This document shows positions 1 through 7,219 of a DNA stretch of 29,625 bases, in pieces (positions within the stretch are counted from its first letter, which is position 1; each line of letters opens with the position of its first letter). The translations under genes were made by a program, and so were the position numbers. Location of the stretch: the NCBI GenBank assembly GCA_964586355.1, contig CAZPGO010000039.1, positions 1-29,625 of the forward strand, in the 5' to 3' direction. A model generated the notes under the pieces. It made no database searches. It was not told where the DNA came from and saw only the letters and a program-made list of their open reading frames with translations. This DNA comes from an uncultured archaeon (lineage in GTDB: Archaea > Iainarchaeota > Iainarchaeia > Iainarchaeales > CSSED10-239).

Positions 1-80
1 ATAACTAAAATAACGCTAACAACTATTAATAAAATTGTAGCAATTAAAGGGGAAACTGATCTGTATTTTTTTAATAACAT
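1..80 (-). CDS. Archaeal type IV pilin N-terminal domain protein, 5' fragment (gene runs off the left edge)
   Basis: The reverse complement of 1..80 reads ATG TTA TTA AAA AAA TAC AGA TCA GTT TCC CCT TTA ATT GCT ACA ... = MLLKKYRSVSPLIATILLIVVSVILV. A short basic N-terminus followed by xVSPxIATxLLI plus a hydrophobic helix is the hallmark of the archaeal pilin N-terminal (class III signal peptide) domain. It is absent from the ORF track because it is truncated. Confidence 0.6.
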   Translation of the reverse strand, partial: MLLKKYRSVSPLIATILLIVVSVILV

Positions 81-99
81 AATAATAATAATAATAATA
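79..99. repeat. (ATA)7 trinucleotide microsatellite, = (TAT)7 on the minus strand, abutting the ATG of the edge pilin gene
   Basis: Direct reading: seven perfect ATA units at 79..99. The ATG of the minus-strand pilin gene is at 80..78. A TTTATAT TATA-like element lies just beyond the repeat on the minus strand (about 97..105). Confidence 0.9.
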
Positions 100-220
100 T
101 ATAAAGATTACTAAAAACTAAAAAACAAATATAAAAACACAAAATCTAAAAAAGATTAGAGAAGATCAAAAATAAGCAATTACAAATTAATTTATTAATA
201 TATTCTAACAAAATATATTT

Positions 221-1456
221 ATGGACCAGTTTTTTAAAAAGCACACCCCAAAAGATCTAGACTCAGTAGTAAGTAATAAAAAAGCTATTATCGAGATTAG
301 AGAATGGACAAAGGACTACAAAAAACCTTTGTTTATCTATGGGCAAACAGGAATAGGCAAAACTCTTTGTGCTAACCTAATAGCAAAAGAAAAAGAGTGG
401 GGTATTATGCAAACTGATGCATCAGATATCAGAGATAAAGACACCATAAGAAATATAATACAAGTTGCTAGTACAACTAACACATTATTTGCAAAAACTA
501 GATTAATATTAATAGATGAAGTAGATTGTGTTGCAGATAAAAGAGGAGGAGGAGATTCTGGGTTTTTTTCTGAGTTTGAAAAAATTATAAATAAAACAAA
601 ACAACCAATTATTTTTATAGCAAACAATCCATATGACAATAAAAAACTTAGACCATTATTTGAAAAATGTGTTCAAGTAAAATTTGATTTACCAAATTCA
701 CTCTCAATACTAAAGTTTGCAAAAAATGTTTGTGAAGAAGAAAATATTGATTATGACTTAGTCTCTTTAAAACAATTAGTGGAAAACACTAATAATGATA
801 TTAGAGCTTTATTAATAGATCTACACACAACCTCACTTACAGGAAAACTTACCCTAGAAGATGCTAATTTCTTTTCTGATAGAAAAAGGGATCAAGATAT
901 TTTTAAAGTTCTTCCTAAAATATTTTTCCCAAAAGACTTTTATGAAACCAAAAGAACAATTGATACATTAAATATTGATTGGGAACTTTTATTTTTGTGG
1001 ATTGATGAAAACCTACCAAAACAGTATAAAAATCCAATCAATCTTGCAAATGCTTTTGATTCATTAAGCAAAGCTGATATTACCAAAGCAAGAATTAGGG
1101 CAAGCCATTGGATCTTGTTCAAATATGTTTTAGATTATATTACTGTTGGTATTGGTTACTCAAGAACAGAAAAAGAAATAAGAACTGGCTTTAACCCATA
1201 TCAATTTCCAAGACTATTAAAAAAACTAACCACAAAAAACAAACTTTTACAAAAAAGTGTGGTTGAAAAAATTGCTCAAAGATCTCATTGCTCCAAAAGC
1301 ATAGTGTATAGAGATTATTTGCCATTTATCTCTATAATTGCAGAGACAAATAAAAACAATGCAGGACTAATACTTTACTTTGGATTTACTTTTGAAGAAA
1401 TTAAATTTCTGGGAGCAAAAATTACTCAAAAACAATATAATCTTATTACAGAATGA
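221..1456 (+). CDS. rfcL: Replication factor C large subunit (clamp loader)
   Basis: AAA+ motifs appear in RFC-large order. They are FFKKHTP (degenerate W-EKYRP box), P-loop GQTGIGKT, TDASDIRDKD (NASDxR box), Walker B LILIDEVD followed by DKRGGGD, PIIFIANNPYD, and sensor region NDIRALLIDLH (GDxRxxxNxLQ-like). ATG start. The gene ends 6 nt before ABCE1. Confidence 0.85.
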   Translation: MDQFFKKHTPKDLDSVVSNKKAIIEIREWTKDYKKPLFIYGQTGIGKTLCANLIAKEKEWGIMQTDASDIRDKDTIRNIIQVASTTNTLFAKTRLILIDEVDCVADKRGGGDSGFFSEFEKIINKTKQPIIFIANNPYDNKKLRPLFEKCVQVKFDLPNSLSILKFAKNVCEEENIDYDLVSLKQLVENTNNDIRALLIDLHTTSLTGKLTLEDANFFSDRKRDQDIFKVLPKIFFPKDFYETKRTIDTLNIDWELLFLWIDENLPKQYKNPINLANAFDSLSKADITKARIRASHWILFKYVLDYITVGIGYSRTEKEIRTGFNPYQFPRLLKKLTTKNKLLQKSVVEKIAQRSHCSKSIVYRDYLPFISIIAETNKNNAGLILYFGFTFEEIKFLGAKITQKQYNLITE

Positions 1457-1462
1457 TTAAAT

Positions 1463-3244
1463 ATGACAAAAAATATAAGAATAGCTATATTAGATAAAGA
1501 AAAATGTCAACCAAAAACATGTAACTATTTATGTAAAAACCTTTGTCCTGGTGTGAGAATGGGGGAAGACACCATAACTATTGATGAAAAAACACAATAC
1601 CCAATAATTGATGAAGTGCTTTGTACTGGTTGTGGTATCTGTGTTAATAGATGCCCTCACAAAGCAATAAGCATAATAAATATTGGTGTAGAAATTGATT
1701 CTGCTATTCATCAATATGGGAAAAATCAGTTTAGGTTATTTAATATACCAATTCCACAACAAGGATCTGTTACTGGAATAATTGGAAGAAATGGTGTTGG
1801 TAAAAGTACAGCCATAAATATATTATCAGGAACCTTATTACCTAATTTTGGTAATTATGAAAAATTAGGTGAGTTTGATCAAACCATTGAATATTTTAAA
1901 GGAAAAGCTATTCAAAAACATTTTATAGATCTTAAAGAAAAAGAACTAAAAATCGCTTACAAGATACAAAAGGTTGAAGAGATACCAAAAGTTTTTACAA
2001 AAAAAATAATAAATCTTTTAGAAGGGATCTCTAAGAACAAAACAGAAATAGAAAAAATAATAAAAGAACTAGAACTAGAACAACTTTTAGAAAAAACACC
2101 AACAGAAATAAGTGGTGGAGAATTACAAAGAGTAGCAATTGCTGCAACTTTACTAAAAAATGCAAATCTATATATCTTTGATGAGTTTTCTACTTTTTTA
2201 GATATTAAACAAAGATTTAAAATAGCAAAAATACTTTCAGAAAAAATAAATTCTGAAAATTCAATGATATTAATTGAACATGATCTAGCAATATTAGATT
2301 ATCTAAGTGATTTTGTACAAGTGATGTTTGGTAAAAAACAAGCATATGGAATATCATCAAATAAAAAAACCACAAAAAAAGGAATTAATGAGTTTTTGGA
2401 AGGTTTTTTAAAGGAAGAAAATATAAGAATAAGAAATTATAAAATAGAATTTCAATCAGCAAAAGAAAAATCCATTACAAAAAAACAAGAAAAATTTAAA
2501 TATCCGGAAATGGAAAAAACTCTTGGTGACTTTAAACTAAAAGTTAATGAAGGAAAAGTTAATAGTAGTGAAATTATTGGAATATTAGGTCCAAATGCTA
2601 TTGGAAAAACAACCTTTATAAAAATGTTATCTGGAGAACTAAAACCAGATAACTTAGAAAAAATAGATCTTAAGCTAAAGGTTGCATACAAACCACAATA
2701 TATAGAATATGATTCTAATCTATATGTAAGAGATCTGTTTATTACAAAAGATATAGATCAAGAAATACTAAACTCAGAACTTAAAAGACAACTAGACTTA
2801 GAAACTCTTTTTGATCAAAAGTTATCACAGATTAGTGGAGGAGAACTACAAAAGGTTGCAATAGCCCACACCCTTTCACAAAATGCTGATATTTATCTTT
2901 TAGATGAGCCTAGTGCTTTTTTGGATGTTGAATTAAGATTAATAGTATCAAATGCCATTAAAAATATAATTATGAAAAAAGAAAAAACCTGTTTTGTTGT
3001 TGATCATGATCTTTTATTCTTAGATTATATATCTGATAGAATACTATTGTTTGATGGAGTTTCTGGGAAAAGTGGATCTGCTAAAGAAATAACAACAATA
3101 CAAAAAGCATTTAATGATTTTTTAAAAAAAGAAGAGATTACTTTTAGACAAGATCCAGACACAAAAAGACCAAGAGCAAACAAAAAGGGTTCACAAAAAG
3201 ATCAAGAACAAAAAAAAGAGAATAATTATTATTATACTGTTTAA
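1463..3244 (+). CDS. abce1: ABCE1 / RNase L inhibitor-type ribosome recycling ATPase
   Basis: The N-terminus has two Fe-S cluster Cys motifs (CxxxxCxxxCxxxCP and CTGCGICVNRCP). Two ABC cassettes follow, with Walker A GRNGVGKST and GPNAIGKTT, signatures ISGGELQR and ISGGELQK, and Walker B LYIFDE and IYLLDEPS. The C-terminus is basic. Length is 593 aa. Confidence 0.95.
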   Translation: MTKNIRIAILDKEKCQPKTCNYLCKNLCPGVRMGEDTITIDEKTQYPIIDEVLCTGCGICVNRCPHKAISIINIGVEIDSAIHQYGKNQFRLFNIPIPQQGSVTGIIGRNGVGKSTAINILSGTLLPNFGNYEKLGEFDQTIEYFKGKAIQKHFIDLKEKELKIAYKIQKVEEIPKVFTKKIINLLEGISKNKTEIEKIIKELELEQLLEKTPTEISGGELQRVAIAATLLKNANLYIFDEFSTFLDIKQRFKIAKILSEKINSENSMILIEHDLAILDYLSDFVQVMFGKKQAYGISSNKKTTKKGINEFLEGFLKEENIRIRNYKIEFQSAKEKSITKKQEKFKYPEMEKTLGDFKLKVNEGKVNSSEIIGILGPNAIGKTTFIKMLSGELKPDNLEKIDLKLKVAYKPQYIEYDSNLYVRDLFITKDIDQEILNSELKRQLDLETLFDQKLSQISGGELQKVAIAHTLSQNADIYLLDEPSAFLDVELRLIVSNAIKNIIMKKEKTCFVVDHDLLFLDYISDRILLFDGVSGKSGSAKEITTIQKAFNDFLKKEEITFRQDPDTKRPRANKKGSQKDQEQKKENNYYYTV

Positions 3245-3738
3245 GTCATTGACTGGTTTAAATCAACTTGAACAAAATTTGATGGATCATCAGTTATTTT
3301 CACTTTACAATAATCATTTACTCTGCTAGCATAAATTTCTTTTTTAACAGTTGTTTTTTTTTTTGTGTCTACAAAATTATATTTGTTTTTAGAAGTACAA
3401 GAAATATCAATATCTGCAGAAAAAACATTACTAGCAACAGTTTCATTATTTAATTTGTAATCACAATCAATAGCAGTATTATTAGACCAATAGTTATCCA
3501 TTGCATCTAAATAGGCTTCTATTGAGGCGGCATAAATGTTTGCTGGTCTTATGCTACAATCTGCAAAAGTAGAATCGGACAATGCATCTGCCACTACTGA
3601 ATCTACAATAATCATTCTCTGATTAACTTCTTCGTAATTATAATAAATATTCTGATTATTAATGTATTGTGTTCTTGGAGTCAATAATACAAGAATAATT
3701 AAAACAAACAACGAATCAAAAAAACCTTTCTTTGTCAT
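3241..3738 (-). CDS. Prepilin-like protein (class III signal peptide), 4 extracellular Cys
   Basis: The ORF-track start at 3747 is GTG. An in-frame ATG at 3738 gives MTKKGFFDSLFVLIILVLL, i.e. KKG followed by a hydrophobic helix (prepilin peptidase-type site). There are four Cys after the helix and N-x-S/T sequons (NNT, NET). It is the last gene of a 4-gene cassette. The start choice (3738 vs 3747) is uncertain. Confidence 0.55.
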   Translation of the reverse strand: MTKKGFFDSLFVLIILVLLTPRTQYINNQNIYYNYEEVNQRMIIVDSVVADALSDSTFADCSIRPANIYAASIEAYLDAMDNYWSNNTAIDCDYKLNNETVASNVFSADIDISCTSKNKYNFVDTKKKTTVKKEIYASRVNDYCKVKITDDPSNFVQVDLNQSMT

Positions 3739-4009
3739 AAACCTCACAATATTCTATTTTTTCTGGAATTGTTTGATCTCTTAAATCCTGATTTGGATCA
3801 TATTTATAATAAACACCACACCAATAATTGTTTTGTGGTGTACCTAAAATAGTGTTTGTAAAAAAATTAACTTTTTTGGAATAATTAAAATCATTTATTT
3901 TGTCTCTAAAAGAAAAATTAAAATATGCAACCATAAATAAACTTAAAAAAACTAAAAATAATAAAACATAATAAAAAGTACTTAAACTAAATATAAATCC
4001 TTTTTTCAT
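3716..4009 (-). CDS. Prepilin-like protein (class III signal peptide), 2 extracellular Cys
   Basis: The ORF-track start at 4018 is GTG. The ATG at 4009 forms an ATGA overlap (4006..4009) with the stop of the upstream gene and gives MKKGFIFSLSTFYYVLLFLVFLSLF. There are two Cys (YWCG, EYCE) after the helix. Confidence 0.55.
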   Translation of the reverse strand: MKKGFIFSLSTFYYVLLFLVFLSLFMVAYFNFSFRDKINDFNYSKKVNFFTNTILGTPQNNYWCGVYYKYDPNQDLRDQTIPEKIEYCEVYDKERFF

Positions 4010-4509
4010 GTTTTCCACACCACCAAAGTTAATTCTCCAGAATTAATTGATAAATCATCTAAATAAGTTTGATATTGGGATAAAGTCATTTCTCTATTAT
4101 TATGCTTTGCAAACTTCAAATCAATTTTATAAAAGTCTTCATTTATTGTCTCTGTGGTGTTACAGTCATTTGTTAATAATGTCAAATTTGTTGTAGTTAG
4201 ATTACAATTATAACCATCAGGAACACCTAAAGCTTCTTTAGTAAAACTTAGATTATTACCTAAGCAGCCAGAAATATAACTTTTTGTGTTATCAAAAGAA
4301 ACATAACACAAATAATTAGGATCTGTCATTATTTTTCTAGAAATAAAACCACCCACATATTCTAATTCTTTATTTTGCCTTTGTGAAATTGAATTATATA
4401 TTTGATGATCAACCCATTTAGACAAAAGAATAAAAAGTAAAAAAACAATTATGATTGCAAAAATAACATCTAAGACAAACAATTGACCCTTATTATTTAT
4501 TTTTTTCAT
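4006..4509 (-). CDS. Prepilin-like protein (class III signal peptide), 4 extracellular Cys
   Basis: The N-terminus is MKKINNKGQLFVLDVIFAIIIVFLLFILL, i.e. a KG/Q site plus a hydrophobic helix. There are four Cys downstream and several sequons (NLS, NLT x2, NTT). The ATG start directly abuts the TAG stop of the upstream gene (4510..4512). Confidence 0.6.
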   Translation of the reverse strand: MKKINNKGQLFVLDVIFAIIIVFLLFILLSKWVDHQIYNSISQRQNKELEYVGGFISRKIMTDPNYLCYVSFDNTKSYISGCLGNNLSFTKEALGVPDGYNCNLTTTNLTLLTNDCNTTETINEDFYKIDLKFAKHNNREMTLSQYQTYLDDLSINSGELTLVVWKT

Positions 4510-4968
4510 CTAACTACAATTTAATTTTTTTGTACTATTATTAAAAATACAAGTAAACTCATTACCACAAATCTTTTTAGAAGGCAAACTAATATTAGAA
4601 TTCATTTTAATATTTATTTTACTTGTAACACCTCCAAAGTCAGCAGAAGAAACACTAATGTAATTAGAACCAAAATTAACAGCACACATAACCCTTTTAC
4701 TAGCCAAATCTATTGTGGGAATATTAAAAATTGCTTTATGAGCTAAAAGCTCTTCATCATTAATAATTGCTTCCTGAATGGATAGAAAATCAATAACTGC
4801 TAACAAAATATCTTGCTGTTGATCTTTAACTCTTGCCATCTCTAAACTTTCAACAACTTTTTCTGCGTTACTTGTATAGCCATATATAAATAATGTTAAA
4901 AAAATTATTACTACTAACACTTCAATAGACAACTGCGCTTTAGAATTTAAATTAATCATTTTTTTCAC
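4510..4968 (-). CDS. Prepilin-like protein (class III signal peptide, Glu at +5), 4 extracellular Cys
   Basis: The N-terminus contains ...NSKAQLSIEVLVVIIFLTLFIY. If cleaved after Ala, the mature end is QLSIE with Glu at +5, as in bacterial type IV pilins. There are four Cys downstream. The start at 4968 is GTG, with an alternative ATG at 4959 (MINLNSKAQ...). It is the first gene of the cassette. Confidence 0.6.
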   Translation of the reverse strand: MKKMINLNSKAQLSIEVLVVIIFLTLFIYGYTSNAEKVVESLEMARVKDQQQDILLAVIDFLSIQEAIINDEELLAHKAIFNIPTIDLASKRVMCAVNFGSNYISVSSADFGGVTSKINIKMNSNISLPSKKICGNEFTCIFNNSTKKLNCS

Positions 4969-5044
4969 AAATATATTTAACTATAAAGATAAAATATATA
5001 AAATGTTTATAATTGTATTGATTTTAAAAAAAATAGGAAAAAAA

Positions 5045-5311
5045 TTAAATTAATGTTGTTGAAGCTGGTTCAATTTCATTAACTCCAGGAACAGATTTTA
5101 GAAATTCTTCTAGTTTTTCTAATAGTCCACCAATTTTATCAGGAAAAATAAAAGAAGCTTTTACTATTTTTAGGCCAAAAGCTATTGGTTCTAATTCTAC
5201 TGAATTTAATTTAAATTCTTCTGGTACATTTGATTTTAATGCGTCTACAATTCTATCAGAATCTTCTACTTCTTCTGGATAGATTTTATAAACTGTTAAT
5301 ACATCACCCAT
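5045..5311 (-). CDS. ef1b: Translation elongation factor aEF-1 beta
   Basis: The 88-aa protein MGDVLTVYKIYPE...LEPIAFGLKIVKASFIFPD...VPGVNEIE has the typical size and sequence pattern of archaeal EF-1beta. ATG start, with GAGGTG 8 nt upstream. Confidence 0.9.
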   Translation of the reverse strand: MGDVLTVYKIYPEEVEDSDRIVDALKSNVPEEFKLNSVELEPIAFGLKIVKASFIFPDKIGGLLEKLEEFLKSVPGVNEIEPASTTLI

Positions 5312-5319
5312 ATATAATA

Positions 5320-5325
5320 CACCTC
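5320..5325 (-). promoter_or_regulatory. Shine-Dalgarno-like GAGGTG upstream of aEF-1beta
   Basis: The minus strand reads TTGAGGTGTATTATAT-ATG. GAGGTG is 8 nt from the ATG at 5311. The same TTGAGGTGT context precedes the Zn-ribbon gene. Confidence 0.45.
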
Positions 5326-5330
5326 AACAT

Positions 5331-5486
5331 CTATGGTCCTATAAACCCACATTCTTTACATCTATATGTTTTTGAAGTTGCCTTACATCTTTCACATCTA
5401 ATTATTTTACTTTTTCCACAGCTTGGACATTTAAATGTGGTGTAGTTACTAACAACTTCTTTATTACAACTACTACATTTTTCCAT
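5331..5486 (-). CDS. Small double Zn-ribbon protein (51 aa, four CxxC pairs), the family commonly found next to aEF-1beta in archaea
   Basis: My own translation of the minus strand gives MEKCSSCNKEVVSNYTTFKCPSCGKSKIIRCERCKATSKTYRCKECGFIGP followed by TAG at 5333..5331. The CxxC pairs are at residues 4/7, 20/23, 31/34 and 43/46. GAGGTG lies 6 nt upstream of the ATG. The gene is not in the supplied ORF track, being too short. Confidence 0.75.
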   Translation of the reverse strand: MEKCSSCNKEVVSNYTTFKCPSCGKSKIIRCERCKATSKTYRCKECGFIGP

Positions 5487-5492
5487 AAATAA

Positions 5493-5498
5493 CACCTC
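5493..5498 (-). promoter_or_regulatory. Shine-Dalgarno-like GAGGTG upstream of the Zn-ribbon gene
   Basis: The minus strand reads ATTGAGGTGTTATTT-ATG, with 6 nt between GAGGTG and the ATG at 5486. Confidence 0.45.
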
Positions 5499-5558
5499 AA
5501 TATTCTTAATATTTAGTACTTTGCTTAAAACCGAAATTGCTTTTAAATAATATTAAAC

Positions 5559-5572
5559 AAATATATATAATA
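5559..5572 (+). promoter_or_regulatory. Candidate TATA box for the tRNA gene
   Basis: AAATATATATAATA is centred about 28 nt upstream of tRNA position 1 (5594), which is the expected archaeal TATA-to-start distance. The call is weak because the whole genome is AT-rich. Confidence 0.3.
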
Positions 5573-5593
5573 GAGAGAAAAAGAATTATAAAT

Positions 5594-5667
5594 GGGTTTG
5601 TAGCATAGCCTGGATAGTGCGCCTGGCTTCGGACCAGATGACAGGGGTTCAAATCCCTTCAAACCCA
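5594..5667 (+). tRNA. tRNA-Arg (anticodon TCG), 74 nt, no encoded CCA
   Basis: I folded the cloverleaf by hand. The acceptor GGGTTTG/CAAACCC has 7 perfect pairs. The D stem is GCAT/GTGC with a GG-containing loop. The anticodon stem is CCTGG/CCAGA (one C-A mismatch at its base) with loop CT-TCG-GA (U33, G37). The T stem is AGGGG/CCCTT with loop TTCAAAT. The discriminator is A, followed by TATTTTT rather than CCA. It is also the only GC-rich island in an intergenic region. Confidence 0.9.
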
Positions 5668-5688
5668 TATTTTTATAAAATACAGATC

Positions 5689-5703
5689 TTTTTTTAAAAA
5701 AAA
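5689..5703. terminator. Candidate bidirectional oligo-T terminator between convergent tRNA and cca
   Basis: TTTTTTTAAAAAAAA gives T7 on the plus strand downstream of the tRNA and T8 on the minus strand 8 nt after the cca stop. A further T5 run lies at 5670..5674, right after the tRNA. Archaeal termination uses oligo-T tracts. Confidence 0.4.
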
Positions 5704-5710
5704 CCTAAAA

Positions 5711-7081
5711 TTACAAAAACTTTTCTTTAGGATAAAAAAAGTCAGCAAAGTATTTTATGATCTCTATATTTTTTGTATAAGCATTCATAATATCTTCTTC
5801 AACATAAACAGTTGCAGAAAGATCAAAGTTTGCTTTTATTATCTCATCAGATATGTGACCAATATCTGTGTATCTTCTGTTTCTTATAGCAACCCACCGA
5901 TCCCCAGTCACAAAAGGACCAAAAATAGCTTTGTTGTTTTCTATAAATTTTTGAGAGTTTAAAACATCAAAAACATTTGGACCAACTGCTTTCTCTAGTT
6001 TAGGGATCTCTAAAGTGTCTAATAAAACTAAAAGGTATGCGCTCTTATCTCCCTCTGTGTAATAGAGTTGCGATTTTAACACACTAAAGCCTGTTGATTC
6101 TAGAGTGCTAATTAACCTATTAGAGAGTTTTCTTGTCTTTGACCAGACTATGTCACTTACCAAATCATTTACCTCAAAATCCACTAAAATAACTGGAAAA
6201 CTTTTGATCCAACTTACTAGTTGGTGATAAGGTTGTTCTTTAATAATCTTACTTGTAAAAAAATCTAAAGATGGATTTTGTAAAAAAGATCTTGCTGCTG
6301 CAATAAATCTTGATAATTGTGTAAGACTTACTGCACTTGCAACATTTCTTTTTTTATCAGTTGGATCTATAACCACTAAAGGATCATTAAAAGGAGAAAG
6401 ATACTCAATATCTTCTGGGTCTAAAACAATTCTTACTGGTGTTTGCCAATTTGCTGCTTTTTCTAAAACTTTTAAAAAATCTCCATAATATATAACTAAC
6501 AATTCACAAAGATATCCAGAAAATGCTTGATAATGGGAATCAGCTCCATAACAGTCTATGTTTTTTAGGAAATATTTTAATAGTCTAACATCATCTTTTT
6601 GAGAAGTTTTTATATTTTTTAAAATATATGTTAAATGAAAAGGGGTTCTATCAACAGCAGAGAGTAGATTTTCTGTGGAATCTATTTTGTAAGCTGGAAC
6701 AATTTCTATTTTATAACCATCAATAACACCTCTTAGATAAGGGTGTTGGGAATAAACTTTTTCAGAAAAGTGTCCTTTAAAGATGATCTTTGCTAGATCT
6801 AAGCCTTCTTTTACAAATTGTTCTGTTTTTACTTTTGGGGGGTATAACACAAAGATATCAAAGTCTTTTGAATCTTTTAGATTAGTGTCTCTTGCAAAAG
6901 ATCCAGCAACTAAGCAATCTACATGTTCTCCCGGGAGATCTTTTATTTTTTTTATTATTGAGTCTACAAATTCTTTTTCTTTATTTATCTGTGAATTACT
7001 TGGTTTAATTAAGTTTAGTACTTTTGATCTTGTATCAGTATACACACTTACTTTTGTTTTATCTAATCCTATTGAGCTCAT
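5711..7081 (-). CDS. cca: CCA-adding enzyme (class I archaeal tRNA nucleotidyltransferase)
   Basis: The nucleotidyltransferase core is LVAGSFARDTNLKDSKDFDIFVLYP (GS...DxD). This is followed by RTPFH and a long archaeal-type body/tail domain. Length is 456 aa. ATG start. Confidence 0.9.
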   Translation of the reverse strand: MSSIGLDKTKVSVYTDTRSKVLNLIKPSNSQINKEKEFVDSIIKKIKDLPGEHVDCLVAGSFARDTNLKDSKDFDIFVLYPPKVKTEQFVKEGLDLAKIIFKGHFSEKVYSQHPYLRGVIDGYKIEIVPAYKIDSTENLLSAVDRTPFHLTYILKNIKTSQKDDVRLLKYFLKNIDCYGADSHYQAFSGYLCELLVIYYGDFLKVLEKAANWQTPVRIVLDPEDIEYLSPFNDPLVVIDPTDKKRNVASAVSLTQLSRFIAAARSFLQNPSLDFFTSKIIKEQPYHQLVSWIKSFPVILVDFEVNDLVSDIVWSKTRKLSNRLISTLESTGFSVLKSQLYYTEGDKSAYLLVLLDTLEIPKLEKAVGPNVFDVLNSQKFIENNKAIFGPFVTGDRWVAIRNRRYTDIGHISDEIIKANFDLSATVYVEEDIMNAYTKNIEIIKYFADFFYPKEKFL

Positions 7082-7219
7082 ATTAAAATCTTATTTTTTA
7101 AATTGTAATATAAATATAAAGAGCAGAAGCATTAAAAATATAAGTAAAAAAACAAGAAGGATTATTTTTTAATAATAATGGTTAACCTTTAGATATAATA
7201 ACTAAAATAAAGATTATAA

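Noticed and set aside
337-2691. Minus-strand ORFs 337..639, 940..1122, 1529..1714 and 2452..2691 from the track
   Set aside because: They are entirely antisense to the well-supported rfcL and ABCE1 genes. They are low-complexity, hydrophobic, S/F/I-rich translations typical of the reverse frame of K/E/N-rich AT-rich genes, with no motifs.
3739-4018. GTG starts at 3747 and 4018 for two prepilin-like genes
   Set aside because: In-frame ATGs 3 codons downstream (3738 and 4009) give cleaner MxKKG class III signal peptides. The ATG at 4009 forms an ATGA overlap with the upstream stop. I kept this as a stated uncertainty rather than a firm correction.
5230-5445. Plus-strand 71-aa ORF
   Set aside because: It overlaps aEF-1beta and the Zn-ribbon gene in antisense. 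Both of those have SD sites and recognisable products, and this ORF has neither.
6783-7172. Plus-strand 129-aa ORF
   Set aside because: It is mostly antisense to the 5' part of the cca gene, with no motifs. The remainder lies in the divergent promoter region.
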